From: an uncultured Bacilli bacterium
GTDB lineage: Bacteria > Bacillota_I > Bacilli_A > RF39 > UBA660
Length of the DNA: 64,000 nucleotides
Reading direction: 5' to 3'
Assembly (NCBI GenBank): GCA_949025205.1
Contig: CARMXJ010000002.1
Span: 48-64,047 of the forward strand
A program made the position numbers and the translations under genes. Numbering within the stretch: position 1 is the first letter of the stretch; every line of letters starts with the position of its first letter. Of this stretch, positions 47,032 to 57,485 are shown piece after piece. The notes under the pieces were generated by a model that saw nothing but the letters and a program-made list of their open reading frames with translations, was not told the DNA's origin and did not search any database.

Positions 47032-48149
47032 TGAATGCACAAGAATTTTTAAAAGCACTTGACCACATAGTAGAAGAAAAAAATATAAGCCGCGATGTTG
47101 TATTAGAAGCTATGGAATTGGCTCTTGCAACAGCATACAAAAAGAACTTTGATTCTAAGACGAATGTACGAGTAGATATAAACCCAGAAACGGGAGAGAT
47201 AAAAGTTATTTCTTATTTGGTTGTAGTAGATGATTATGATGATGGCCGTGAGGAAGTAGATGAAGATGGCAATGTAACCAGAATTCCTCCTGAAATTAAT
47301 GAAGATGCCCAAATTTTACTTGAGGACGCTAGAGAACTTGTTCCAGGTATAAAGGTTGGAGAAACGATCGAAAAAGAAGTTACACCAAAAGATTTTGGAC
47401 GTGTTGCTACTTCGACAGCTAAACAAGTCATAAATCAAAAAATAAGAGAAGCCGAAAGAAATAGCATCATTGAAGAGTTCGCTGACAAAGAAGGCGAAAT
47501 GATGGTTGGAATGCTTGCCATGGAAGATAGCAAAAACTATTATGTTGATTTAGGTAGAACACGTGGAATTTTACCAAAGAGTGAAATGATACCAGACGAA
47601 GTCGTAACAATGGGTTCAAGCATAAAAGTATATATAAGCAAAGTAGAAGCAACTACAAAAGGCCCTCTTATTTTATTAAGTCGAAAACATTATGGTTTTG
47701 TTAGAAGATTATTTGAAACAGAAATACCAGAACTTGTAGATGGAAGTATTATGTTATATGCTTGTGTAAGAGAAGCTGGTATCCGTAGTAAAGTAGCGGT
47801 TTATTCTACAAATGAAAAAATAGACCCAATTGGAGCTTGTATCGGAGAGCGAGGAAGCCGTATTGGAAGTATTTTAAAAGAGTTAAATGGTGAACGTGTC
47901 GATTTGGTTTTATATAGTGAAGACCCAGCAGAATTTATAAAAAACGCTTTATCTCCTGCTAAAGACGTTATTGTAAATATCCTAGACCCAATGAAAAAAG
48001 AGGCACTTGCGATTGTTAATGATGAAAACTTAAGTTTAGCTATTGGGAAAAAAGGAAGCAATGTAAAACTTGCAAGTCGTTTAACAAAATATAAAATTGA
48101 AGTAAAAACATTATCTCAAATTAATGCAGAAGGAAATAAGGCAGAATAA
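47031..48149 (+). CDS. nusA: transcription termination/antitermination factor NusA
   Basis: N-terminal NusA domain, S1, and KH1/KH2 (GACIGERGSRIGSI, LAIGKKGSNVKLA); 372 aa. Confidence 0.95.
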   Translation: MNAQEFLKALDHIVEEKNISRDVVLEAMELALATAYKKNFDSKTNVRVDINPETGEIKVISYLVVVDDYDDGREEVDEDGNVTRIPPEINEDAQILLEDARELVPGIKVGETIEKEVTPKDFGRVATSTAKQVINQKIREAERNSIIEEFADKEGEMMVGMLAMEDSKNYYVDLGRTRGILPKSEMIPDEVVTMGSSIKVYISKVEATTKGPLILLSRKHYGFVRRLFETEIPELVDGSIMLYACVREAGIRSKVAVYSTNEKIDPIGACIGERGSRIGSILKELNGERVDLVLYSEDPAEFIKNALSPAKDVIVNILDPMKKEALAIVNDENLSLAIGKKGSNVKLASRLTKYKIEVKTLSQINAEGNKAE

Positions 48150-48166
48150 TTCTATAGGAGGCTTCT

Positions 48167-49093
48167 ATGCAAGTAAAAATATTTTCTCATAAAAGTGACC
48201 CAGATGGACTTGGAAGTGTAGTTCTTGCCTCTTTTGCTTACGGAGGGGGGGTTAGTATAACCCTTTGTAAAGGAATAGAAGAGTTAGATGAACAATTAAG
48301 CCGTTTTATAGAAGAAAAAGAATATGCACCATTTGAACAAATTTTTGTTACAGATTTATGTCCAAGTAATTTCATTTTGGATTCAATAGATAGTAATGAG
48401 GCATTAAAAAATAAAGTTTTTATTTTTGACCATCATAAATCAAGTATGGATAGAATAACAAAAGAATATTCCTTTTTAACAGAAACAGAAATGAAAGAGG
48501 AACAAAAGTGTTGTGGTACAAGTTTGTTTTATGAATATTTGGTAAAGCAAAGTAAGCTTTTAGATAAAGAAGCGACAAAAACATTTGTAGAGCTTACAAG
48601 ACTTCATGATACCTATGAATGGAAAAACGAAAATAATGCAGATGCTTATTATTTGCAAATCCTGTTTCAATTCTTAGGACCTTGGGGATATTTCTATCAT
48701 TTTAGTAAAAAGTTAGAAAATGAAAATTCGTTTGTCTATACTTTAGAAGAACAAATATGGATAAAAGAACAAATCAGAATAAATCAACAAAAGATAGAAG
48801 AAATTGCACATAATATTGTTGTAATAGAAAAAGAAAAAACAAGATATGGAGTATCCATTGCAGACTATGAGTATCGTAATTTACTTGCAGATTATTTTAA
48901 AAGTAATGAAAAAAATATAGATGTTTTACTCTTGATTGCTGGAGATGAAAATCGATTTTCCTTCCGTTCTATCAAATCAGAAATAGATGTAAATAAAATA
49001 GCTGAGCTTTGTGGCGGAGGAGGTCACCCACAAGCGGCTGGAGGAGAGTTAAACCAAGAAACTTTACGACAAATATTAAAGTTTTTAAACTAA
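48167..49093 (+). CDS. DHH/DHHA1-family phosphoesterase (NrnA-like)
   Basis: DHH motif FDHHKS and a GGGH motif (CGGGGHPQAAG) of DHHA1. Inserted between nusA and ylxR. Confidence 0.7.
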   Translation: MQVKIFSHKSDPDGLGSVVLASFAYGGGVSITLCKGIEELDEQLSRFIEEKEYAPFEQIFVTDLCPSNFILDSIDSNEALKNKVFIFDHHKSSMDRITKEYSFLTETEMKEEQKCCGTSLFYEYLVKQSKLLDKEATKTFVELTRLHDTYEWKNENNADAYYLQILFQFLGPWGYFYHFSKKLENENSFVYTLEEQIWIKEQIRINQQKIEEIAHNIVVIEKEKTRYGVSIADYEYRNLLADYFKSNEKNIDVLLLIAGDENRFSFRSIKSEIDVNKIAELCGGGGHPQAAGGELNQETLRQILKFLN

Positions 49094-49109
49094 GAAAGGA
49101 GTGATTTTT

Positions 49110-49388
49110 TTGAAACAAAAAAAAATACCTTTACGAATGTGTGTAGTAACACGAGAAAGATTTGAAAAAAGAGAATTATTACGAGTTGTAAGAACGCCCG
49201 AGGGAGAAATAAAAATAGATGAATCTGGGAAGATGAATGGCAAAGGAGCTTATTTAAAAAAGACAGAAGAAGTCATAAATAAAGCACGTAAAAATAAAAT
49301 ATTAGATAGAACTTTAGAAGTCGTTGTACCAGATAGTTTGTATGAAGAAATGCTAAGTAGTTTAGAAAAGGAAGGTGAAGCGTTATGA
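49110..49388 (+). CDS. ylxR: YlxR/RnpM-family (DUF448) protein
   Basis: KKIPLRMCVVTRERF is the conserved YlxR N-terminus. The TTG start at 49110 sits 8 nt after AAGGAG; the track starts at the GTG at 49101. Confidence 0.75.
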   Translation: MKQKKIPLRMCVVTRERFEKRELLRVVRTPEGEIKIDESGKMNGKGAYLKKTEEVINKARKNKILDRTLEVVVPDSLYEEMLSSLEKEGEAL

Positions 49389-51496
49389 TGAGCGTTAGTG
49401 AATATGCACAAAGTGTTGATTTATCCGTAGCAGAGGTGCTAAAAAAGGCCCAAGAATTAGGAATAGAAGTAAAGAATTCTAGTGATGAACTCTCAGATGA
49501 AGATGTTATTATTTTAGATAATGCTATTAGTTTAATTAGTACCGATACGGAAGCGACTTTAGAAGATAATGATGATATTGATGAAGTAGTGGAAGATATT
49601 ATGGCTAGTAGTCATATTGCAGCTATAAATGATACAGAGAAAAAACAAAAATTAAAGAAGAAGAGTCAAATTGCAAGTAGTAAAGAAGAATACATGAACA
49701 AACGTAAAGAAATGTATAAACATAAAGAAAAGTTAATGACAAATAGTGCGGATGAAAATGTCGTTCTTTACAAAGAAAATATGAGTGTCAAAGAACTTGC
49801 AGATGCCTTAGATGTAAATGCCAATGATATTATTAAAAAGCTTATGGGACTTGGTTTAATGGTCAGTTTAAATCAAGCAATTGATTATGAAAATGCTTCT
49901 TTAATTGCTATGGATTATAATAAAACACTTAAAAAGGAAGAAACGCAAAATGTAGCTAATTTTGAAGAATATGAAATAACCGATAATGAAAGTGATTTAG
50001 TAAGCAGACCTCCTGTTGTTACGATTATGGGACATGTTGACCATGGAAAGACAAGCTTACTCGATTATATAAGACATTCTAAAGTAACGGAATCAGAATT
50101 TGGAGGAATTACGCAACATATTGGTGCTTATCAAGTAGAACATAATAATAGCTTAATTACGTTTATTGACACACCTGGACATGCGGCATTTACAGAAATG
50201 CGAGCAAGAGGGGCAAGTGTTACGGATATCGTTATTATTATTGTTGCGGCAGATGATGGGGTAATGCCTCAAACAAAAGAAGCAATTGACCATGCGAAAG
50301 CTGCAAATGTTCCAATTGTTGTTGCTGTTAATAAAATTGATAAACCAGAAGCGAATAAAGAACGTATTCGCCAAGAGATGAGTGAAGCAGGTATCACTCC
50401 AGAGGAATGGGGTGGAGAGTATCCATTTGTTGATATTTCTGCCGTAACAGGAGAAGGAATTGATTTACTTTTAGAAACGATTCAAACCATTAGTGAAGTA
50501 GAAAATTTTAAAGCAAATCCAAACCGCTATGCTGTTGGTTCTGTTATTGAAAGCCGTGTGGATAAAAACATTGGAGGAGTTGCATCTCTTTTAATTCAAA
50601 ATGGTACACTTCGTTTAGGAGACCCTGTGGTTGTTGGAACTTGCTTTGGTAAAGTACGTACAATGAAAAATGATTTAGGAGAATCAATTGTAAGTGCTGG
50701 ACCTTCTACGCCAGTTGAAATTACAGGTTTATCCGATAACCCAAGTGCTGGAGATAAATTCATGGCCTTTGAAACGGAGAGTGAGGCAAAAAGCGTTGCT
50801 AGTAAAAGAGCTTCTTTAGCAAGGGAAGCAAAATTAACAAGTACAACCATGTCTTTAGATGATTTGTTTAGCAAAATTAGTGCTGGCCAAAAAGAAATTA
50901 ATGTTGTTTTAAAAACAGATGTCCGTGGAAGTGAAGAAGCGGTTCGTAATGCTTTAGAAAAAATTGATGTAGAAGGTGTTAAAGTAAAAGTAATTCGTAG
51001 TGGTATTGGAACGATTACGGAAAGTGACGTGGTTTTAGCGCAAGCCAGCAATGCTATTATCATTGGATTTAATGTTAGTCCTTCTAGTATTACTAAAGAA
51101 GTAGCAAAAGAGTATAATGTAGAAATTAGACTTTATACGATTATTTATAAAGTAGTAGAAGAAATGGAACTTGCTATGAAGGGTATGTTAGACCCAGAAT
51201 TTGAAGAAAGTGCACTTGGAACTGCTACTATTCGTAAGATATTTAAATTTTCAAAAGTTGGAAATATTGCAGGTTCTTATGTAACAGAAGGTGTTATTAA
51301 AAATGGAGCACAAGCAAGACTTATTCGTGATGGCATTGTTCTATACGATGGTAAAATTGCAAGTGTTCAAAGAGAAAAAGATGTAGCAAAAGAAGTGAAA
51401 AAAGGATTTGAATGTGGTATTACTTTAGAGAATTTTATTGATATTAAAGAAGGAGACGTTATCGAAGCGTATGAAATGGTTGAGGTGAAGAGGTAG
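49385..51496 (+). CDS. infB: translation initiation factor IF-2
   Basis: G-domain motifs [17 protein letters not shown] and NKID; 703 aa. Confidence 0.95.
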   Translation: MMSVSEYAQSVDLSVAEVLKKAQELGIEVKNSSDELSDEDVIILDNAISLISTDTEATLEDNDDIDEVVEDIMASSHIAAINDTEKKQKLKKKSQIASSKEEYMNKRKEMYKHKEKLMTNSADENVVLYKENMSVKELADALDVNANDIIKKLMGLGLMVSLNQAIDYENASLIAMDYNKTLKKEETQNVANFEEYEITDNESDLVSRPPVVTIMGHVDHGKTSLLDYIRHSKVTESEFGGITQHIGAYQVEHNNSLITFIDTPGHAAFTEMRARGASVTDIVIIIVAADDGVMPQTKEAIDHAKAANVPIVVAVNKIDKPEANKERIRQEMSEAGITPEEWGGEYPFVDISAVTGEGIDLLLETIQTISEVENFKANPNRYAVGSVIESRVDKNIGGVASLLIQNGTLRLGDPVVVGTCFGKVRTMKNDLGESIVSAGPSTPVEITGLSDNPSAGDKFMAFETESEAKSVASKRASLAREAKLTSTTMSLDDLFSKISAGQKEINVVLKTDVRGSEEAVRNALEKIDVEGVKVKVIRSGIGTITESDVVLAQASNAIIIGFNVSPSSITKEVAKEYNVEIRLYTIIYKVVEEMELAMKGMLDPEFEESALGTATIRKIFKFSKVGNIAGSYVTEGVIKNGAQARLIRDGIVLYDGKIASVQREKDVAKEVKKGFECGITLENFIDIKEGDVIEAYEMVEVKR

Positions 51497-51837
51497 TGAG
51501 TGTAAAAACAAAACGCATCGCATCGGAACTTGTGAAAACCATTAGTGAAATTCTAATGGAAGAAGCAAGGGATTCTCTTTTAAAAACCATCACCATTACA
51601 GCAGCTGATGTAGCGCCAGATTTGTCTTTTGCAAAAGTGTATTTTACCAGTTTAACGGATAGGGACCATAAAAGTTTGGAACATGAAATGGAAGAGGCTT
51701 CTTCTTTTATACGAACACAAGTAGCAGAAAAAATGGATATGCGCAATACGCCAAAGTTAAAGTTTGTGTACGATGAATCGATTGCCTATGGAGAAAAGAT
51801 AGAGAAAATTTTAAAAGAAATAAATGAGAATGAATAA
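51496..51837 (+). CDS. rbfA: ribosome-binding factor A
   Basis: 113 aa with the RbfA KH-like pattern (RIASELVKTISEIL...). The GTG start overlaps the infB stop. Confidence 0.85.
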   Translation: MSVKTKRIASELVKTISEILMEEARDSLLKTITITAADVAPDLSFAKVYFTSLTDRDHKSLEHEMEEASSFIRTQVAEKMDMRNTPKLKFVYDESIAYGEKIEKILKEINENE

Positions 51838-51855
51838 AAAGAAATTAGGAAAGGA

Positions 51856-52290
51856 ATGAATAGTAAGATGAATAATAATGTAAATGAAAATACACCCATT
51901 GAAAATCTAGGGTTATCAACCGCTATAGTTGTAGATCTTAAAGGTTATGGTCCTATTAACACTTTAGGTGAATTATTGCATTTAAGTACCATGGAATTGT
52001 TATCCATTGATGGACTTTCTTTAATCAGTATTTTAAAAATAAATGAAGTATTAAATGGCTATGGATATCATTTACAAGAGGAAGAAGTTATTGATACATC
52101 AGACTTACATGATGCAACTCGATTATCAAAAATTACGCAATGTCGTAATCTATTAAGTGAAAGAAATAAGATAAAAGGAAAACCGGGATTTGAATATGAT
52201 GAAATAGCTTTAAATTATCAAATCGAAAAAATCATTGCAGAAATTAAAGATTTAAGAGATAAAGCAGAAACTTCTATTAATAAAAGATAA
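51856..52290 (+). CDS. standalone RNA polymerase alpha-subunit C-terminal-domain-like (HhH) protein
   Basis: IENLGLSTAIVVDLKGYGPINTLGELLHLSTMELLSIDGLSLISILKINEVL follows the alphaCTD helix-hairpin-helix pattern (LEELELSVRS.N.L...I.TLGDL....E.L.....G.KS..EI...L). Confidence 0.5.
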   Translation: MNSKMNNNVNENTPIENLGLSTAIVVDLKGYGPINTLGELLHLSTMELLSIDGLSLISILKINEVLNGYGYHLQEEEVIDTSDLHDATRLSKITQCRNLLSERNKIKGKPGFEYDEIALNYQIEKIIAEIKDLRDKAETSINKR

Positions 52291-52293
52291 ATT

Positions 52294-53133
52294 ATGAATG
52301 GCATTTTAGTTATAAACAAAGAAAACGGCTTTACTAGTCGCGATGTTATTAACATTTTAAATAAGAAATTTAATACAAAAAAAATAGGGCATACGGGTAC
52401 ACTTGATCCAATGGCAACAGGTGTTTTAGTAGTATGTGTGGGAAGATATACAAAATTAGTAGATAAAATTACAAGTTATGATAAAGAGTATATTGCCTCT
52501 ATCAAATTTGGTATAAAAACAGATACATTGGATATTACTGGAAAAGTATTGGAAAAAAAAGAAAATGTAGTTGTGGATAAATGTCAACTTATTAACACTT
52601 TAAATTCGTTTTTAGGGACAAGTATGCAAGAAGTTCCTAAATATGCAGCTGTTAAAATAAATGGTAAAAAGTTATACGAATATGCTCGAAATAACGAAGA
52701 AATCGAGCTTCCAAAAAGAGAGATTGAAGTAAAAGAAATCGAGTTACTCTCTATGGTAAATGATGAAGCAACATTTCGAGTTGTCGTTTCGAAAGGTACC
52801 TATATTCGTAGTTTAATTCGAGATATATGTAATTGTTTAAAAGTTATTGGAACTATGTCTTCTTTGGAGAGAACAAGACAAGGAGAGTTTACAATAAATG
52901 AATCCTTTACTTTACAAGATGTTAACGCGAATGATTACAAGCTATTAACAGTAGAAGATATATTCTCTTATAAACATTATGTTTTAAATGAAGAAGAATA
53001 TAAAAAAGTAATGAATGGAGCTTCTTTACAAATAGAGAATAGTGAATCCTTTTTGTTTATGGAATATGAGCATAAAATAATAGCTATTTATCAACAAAAA
53101 GAAGATTATTATAAACCTTATTTTATGTTATAA
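52294..53133 (+). CDS. truB: tRNA pseudouridine-55 synthase TruB
   Basis: GILVINKENGFTS and GHTGTLDPMATGVLVVC catalytic-Asp motifs; 279 aa. Confidence 0.9.
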   Translation: MNGILVINKENGFTSRDVINILNKKFNTKKIGHTGTLDPMATGVLVVCVGRYTKLVDKITSYDKEYIASIKFGIKTDTLDITGKVLEKKENVVVDKCQLINTLNSFLGTSMQEVPKYAAVKINGKKLYEYARNNEEIELPKREIEVKEIELLSMVNDEATFRVVVSKGTYIRSLIRDICNCLKVIGTMSSLERTRQGEFTINESFTLQDVNANDYKLLTVEDIFSYKHYVLNEEEYKKVMNGASLQIENSESFLFMEYEHKIIAIYQQKEDYYKPYFML

Positions 53134-53392
53134 ACCGGGATTTATTGTTAAAAATAGGTAAAGAAAAATAAGGGGAATGCCAATTAGGTATTAACCTTTT
53201 TACATGTTTTAAATTTGTGATACAAACAAAAATTAAAATAATTCGTTTAAGAGTGTTGAGTTTATTTTTTTTGGAATGTAATTTATAATAAACTAACACT
53301 TTTTATTTTGCCATATTTTAAGTACAAGTCCCATAGACTTTGCGTAAGCAATTTGATACAATAATGTGTAACAAATTATTTAGGTGAAGAAA

Positions 53393-54349
53393 ATGAAAAA
53401 TAAAAATATTTTATATATTGTAATTCCATGTTACAACGAAGAAGCAGTTTTAAAAGAAACTACCAAAAGATTAAAAAAGAAAATGAAAAGTTTGATTGAA
53501 CAAAAAGTCATTTCAAAGAAAAGTAAAGTCATGTATGTAAACGATGGCAGCAAAGATAAAACTTGGGATTTAATAGAGGAAATTCATAACAAAGAAGAAT
53601 ATTTTACAGGAATTACTTTATCTTGTAATAAAGGACACCAAAATGCACTTTTAGCAGGTTTAATGACGGCCAAGAACTATGCGGATATCATTATCAGTAT
53701 GGATGCGGATTTACAAGATGATATTGAAGTAATAGATGAAATGTTAGAAAAACATAAAGAAGGAGCAGAAGTAGTGTATGGTGTACGCTCTTCAAGAAAA
53801 AAAGACACATTCTTTAAAAAATTTACAGCAGAAGGATTCTATAAATTTATGAAATTAATGGGCGTTAATATTGTTTACAACCACGCCGATTATCGTCTTG
53901 CGAGTAAAAAAGTATTAGAAGAATTAGAAAATTACCAAGAAGTAAATTTATTTTTACGTGGCATTTTTCCTCTAATTGGCTTTCCATCTGAAATCGTGTA
54001 TTACGAACGCCATGAAAGATTTGCTGGAGCCTCAAAATATCCGTTAAAGAAAATGCTTAATTTTGCTTGGGACGGTATTACTTCTTTTAGTATTAAACCA
54101 TTGCGTTTTATTACCTGTTTAGGTTTTATCATTACTATTTTAAGTGTTTTGGTTCTTTTCTATTCTCTTATCGTAAAAATAATGGGAAATGCAGTTTCTG
54201 GCTGGACTTTTATTGTTTGTTCCATATGGCTTGTTGGTGGAATAGAAATGCTTTCTCTTGGAATCATTGGAGAATACATTGGTAAAATTTATAATGAAAC
54301 CAAAAGAAGACCTCGGTATATTATTGCAAAAAATTTAGAAGAAGAATGA
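53393..54349 (+). CDS. GT2-family polyprenyl-phosphate glycosyltransferase (GtrB/CsbB/YkcC-like)
   Basis: IVIPCYNEE, YVNDGSKD and DADLQDD (DxD) motifs, two C-terminal TM helices. The ATG at 53393 follows a GGTGA RBS. Confidence 0.8.
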   Translation: MKNKNILYIVIPCYNEEAVLKETTKRLKKKMKSLIEQKVISKKSKVMYVNDGSKDKTWDLIEEIHNKEEYFTGITLSCNKGHQNALLAGLMTAKNYADIIISMDADLQDDIEVIDEMLEKHKEGAEVVYGVRSSRKKDTFFKKFTAEGFYKFMKLMGVNIVYNHADYRLASKKVLEELENYQEVNLFLRGIFPLIGFPSEIVYYERHERFAGASKYPLKKMLNFAWDGITSFSIKPLRFITCLGFIITILSVLVLFYSLIVKIMGNAVSGWTFIVCSIWLVGGIEMLSLGIIGEYIGKIYNETKRRPRYIIAKNLEEE

Positions 54350-54393
54350 TTTATGTGGCGACATAAATTTTTCTTTGTAGAAAAGGTGATTGT

Positions 54394-56025
54394 ATGAAAA
54401 CAAAAATAGAAAAAATAAAAAAGGAAATAGAAAAACACAATCGAATTCTTATTTTGTTTCTTTTTGTCGCTTGCTACTTATTTGGCTTATCCTTTTTGGG
54501 AAGTGTAGGGGTAAACTACGATGAAAAAGCAGAACAAAATATCTTAAAAATGAATATTCTCGAGTACGCACAAGTTTTTGCGGGTGATAGCGACTTAGTT
54601 TCCTTTTATAAAGAACAAGGAATTGTACCTATTTACCAAAGTGTAGAAAAAGACCATGGAATTTCACCCTATTACTTATTTACCCCTTTCCTTGCTTTAG
54701 ATAAAATAAGTGAACATACCCTAAGTTTTGCTTGGCATTTTTATACCTATACTTTATTTTTTATCGGAATCGTTTTTTGTTATTTAGCGGTATTGGAATT
54801 ATGGGGTTCTAAAAAAGTGGCTATTCTTTCTTCCTTAATTCTCTTTCTAACGCCTAGAATTTTTGCTGATGGATTATACAACAACAAAGACTGTGTCCTA
54901 TTATCTTTAAGCATCCTATGTTTATACTTTGGTATTCGTTTTATAAAAAAGAAATCTATAAAAAGTGCCTTATCTTTTGGAGCTATTTCCGCTGTTATTT
55001 GCAATGTAAAAGTAAGTGGAGGTTTTATCTTTGCGGTTGTAGGAATATTTTATTTAATCGATGTGACCAAAAATAAAAACTGGTCTAAAAAAACATTTGG
55101 AGTAGGAGTTACTGCCTTACTATCTTGTATACTTCTTTATCTATTACTAACACCAGCAATATGGGCAGAGGGATTCCACTTACTAGATTTCTTTAAATGG
55201 TCTTTGCAAAATAGTGTAAGCTTTTCTAGAAATTATGGATACGTATGGTTTGAAAATACTTTATATGAACATTGGACAAATCCACTTCCTTGGTACTACT
55301 TGCCAAAAATTATGTTTTTAACCCTTCCTTTATTTATTTCAATGTTATTTATACTTGGCTTATCTTTTTCGATACAAAACATCTTAAATAAACAAAACCA
55401 AAAAGAAAATTTCTTTTGTTTGCTATGTGCTAGTATCATTTTAATTCCTCTTTTTATAGCATTAGTATCCAATCCTAATATCTATAACGGATGGAGACAT
55501 TTCTACTTTTTATACGGACCTCTAATTATTCTAGTAAGTTATGCCATATTTGTTCTATTCAAAAATAAAAGATTAAAGAAAATGGCATATGTCTTTATTA
55601 TTTTATGTCTTTTGGTAAATTTCCTTGGCATTATAAAAAATGGGGCCTCTTCTTCTTTGTATTATAACGTGCTAGCAAATAACCCAAGCAAGAACTACGA
55701 AATGGATTATTACGGCGTATCTGCAACAAAGGTTCTACAAGATTTAACAACAAAAGAAAAAGAACCAATTTATTTATATGCTTTTGAAAGTTGGGCTGTA
55801 AATTGTAACTATGAAGCTCTAAAAAATACTTACAAGGAAAAAATAGTATTATTAAAAACAGAAGAAGAGTTAGAAAATAGTATAAAGAAAGGAATTAAGC
55901 CTTACTACTATTATGCCCATGATTATGATAGTAAAGAAAATAAAGCCCATGAATTTGTTAAGGACAAAGAACTAGTAAAAGAATACAAATCATTTCATAA
56001 TACCTATGCAACCATTTATAAGTAA
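54394..56025 (+). CDS. GT-C-fold integral membrane glycosyltransferase (ArnT/PMT/YkcB-like)
   Basis: 543 aa with more than 10 TM helices and a C-terminal soluble domain. Paired with the GT2 gene as in csbB-yfhO / ykcC-ykcB. Confidence 0.6.
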   Translation: MKTKIEKIKKEIEKHNRILILFLFVACYLFGLSFLGSVGVNYDEKAEQNILKMNILEYAQVFAGDSDLVSFYKEQGIVPIYQSVEKDHGISPYYLFTPFLALDKISEHTLSFAWHFYTYTLFFIGIVFCYLAVLELWGSKKVAILSSLILFLTPRIFADGLYNNKDCVLLSLSILCLYFGIRFIKKKSIKSALSFGAISAVICNVKVSGGFIFAVVGIFYLIDVTKNKNWSKKTFGVGVTALLSCILLYLLLTPAIWAEGFHLLDFFKWSLQNSVSFSRNYGYVWFENTLYEHWTNPLPWYYLPKIMFLTLPLFISMLFILGLSFSIQNILNKQNQKENFFCLLCASIILIPLFIALVSNPNIYNGWRHFYFLYGPLIILVSYAIFVLFKNKRLKKMAYVFIILCLLVNFLGIIKNGASSSLYYNVLANNPSKNYEMDYYGVSATKVLQDLTTKEKEPIYLYAFESWAVNCNYEALKNTYKEKIVLLKTEEELENSIKKGIKPYYYYAHDYDSKENKAHEFVKDKELVKEYKSFHNTYATIYK

Positions 56026-56035
56026 GGAGTAAAAA

Positions 56036-56899
56036 ATGACAGAACGATTTAAAAAAATAAAAATTGCCAGTATCCTAGGAATAGTTGGCAATATTTTTCT
56101 TATGTTTTTAAAAGGAACCATTGGCATGATGACAAAAAGCCAAGCCATGCTAGCAGATGCATTTAATTCTACGAGCGATGTCTTTTCTTCCTTTATGACA
56201 TTTATCGGCAATAAGATTGCATCCAAACCAAAAGATGAAGACCACAACTTAGGACATGGAAAAGCAGAGTATATTTATTCCATGCTTATTAGTATAGCAA
56301 TGTTTATTTTAGCCATTGAATCTTTTTCTTCTTCCTTACAATCCTTGATTTTTAAAAAAGAATTTTTATTTTCTAAATGGTTAATTATAGTTTGTATCAT
56401 CACCATTTCTGTAAAACTTTTCTTATATTTTTATACCCATAAATTATCGAAAAAATACAAAAACATATTGCTTGATGCAAATGCCAAAGACCATAGAAAC
56501 GATTGTGTAATAACCCTTGCCAATTTAATTTCTTGTATTTTAAGCCTATACAATATTTATATTGTGGATGGTATAGTGGGAATCCTCATTTCCATTTGGA
56601 TACTTTATACAGCTATCGAAATATTTAAAGAAAGTTATCATGTACTTATGGATGCTTCTATGGACGAAGAAACTAAAGAAAAAATACTTGCGATTATAAA
56701 AAATTATCCCGAGATTAAGAAAATAAATCATTTTAATGCAACACCAGTAGGATACAAATACCAAATTACCCTTACGATTTTTGTAGATGGAAACTTATCC
56801 ACTTTTGAAAGTCATAAAATTGCAGATAAGTTAGAAGATGAAATAGAAGAAAAAGTAGAGGAAATTTATTTATCTGTAATTCACGTAAATCCAATATAA
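56036..56899 (+). CDS. cation diffusion facilitator (CDF) family metal efflux transporter
   Basis: Six TM helices with a D...H...D motif in TM2 and TM5, plus a C-terminal cytoplasmic domain. Confidence 0.8.
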   Translation: MTERFKKIKIASILGIVGNIFLMFLKGTIGMMTKSQAMLADAFNSTSDVFSSFMTFIGNKIASKPKDEDHNLGHGKAEYIYSMLISIAMFILAIESFSSSLQSLIFKKEFLFSKWLIIVCIITISVKLFLYFYTHKLSKKYKNILLDANAKDHRNDCVITLANLISCILSLYNIYIVDGIVGILISIWILYTAIEIFKESYHVLMDASMDEETKEKILAIIKNYPEIKKINHFNATPVGYKYQITLTIFVDGNLSTFESHKIADKLEDEIEEKVEEIYLSVIHVNPI

Positions 56900-56931
56900 A
56901 AAGTTCTAAAGTTTAAAACCTTAGAACTTTT

Positions 56932-57339
56932 TTATCTGCCTCTTGGCGTATAATCTTCATTTTCTTTTGGTAGGTCTTGAAGCGGAGCTTCAAAATAATT
57001 ACGAATTTCCTCAGCTTCTTCTATAGATTCAATTTCATAATTAGAAGACACAGAACTCTCCGCCAATTTTTGAAGTATTGCTTCTTCTTCAGGTGTATAA
57101 CTTGTTTTCTCGTTAGTAACTAAAGAAAAATGATAAGTTGCTATATCCATTTGTGCTTTTATTGCTTGCATATTGTCTTGTAACTTATGAATAAGATCCT
57201 TTGTCTTCGCTAATTCTTCCATTTCTGTTGGAGATAAGCTTCCAAGCTTTGCATTTAAAACGTTTAAAGTTTGTTTAAGAGCAATTAAGTTTCTGTTTAA
57301 ATGAACGATTTGATTTTCAAGCATATTTTCTAAATTCAT
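56932..57339 (-). CDS. hypothetical coiled-coil protein
   Basis: 135 aa that are Q/E/L-rich; no domain recognised. Confidence 0.5.
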   Translation of the reverse strand: MNLENMLENQIVHLNRNLIALKQTLNVLNAKLGSLSPTEMEELAKTKDLIHKLQDNMQAIKAQMDIATYHFSLVTNEKTSYTPEEEAILQKLAESSVSSNYEIESIEEAEEIRNYFEAPLQDLPKENEDYTPRGR

Positions 57340-57450
57340 ACATTTCCTCCTTTATTCTATTCTGGTTTTATTATAGAAAATAAAAGCCTCATTTTGCAAT
57401 TGTATGTCAATTTATTTGACATGATTTTACTGTGTAAGAATAAAAAAGTA

Positions 57451-57459
57451 TGCTATAAT
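57451..57459 (+). promoter_or_regulatory. extended -10 element (TGcTATAAT) upstream of the PFOR gene
   Basis: TGnTATAAT at 57451-59, about 25 nt before the RBS AAGGAG. Confidence 0.4.
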
Positions 57460-57485
57460 GAAAAAAATACAAGGAGTGAATGTTT

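Noticed and set aside
47103-48061. Five minus-strand ORFs inside nusA (47103-47312, 47234-47431, 47467-47652, 47801-48061) plus 46955-47140
   Set aside because: Antisense to a highly conserved essential gene, with no RBS and low-complexity translations.
50153-51746. Minus-strand ORFs inside infB/rbfA (50153-50374, 50596-51063, 51459-51746)
   Set aside because: Antisense to IF-2. The 155-aa one is Ser/Thr/Leu-rich shadow sequence.
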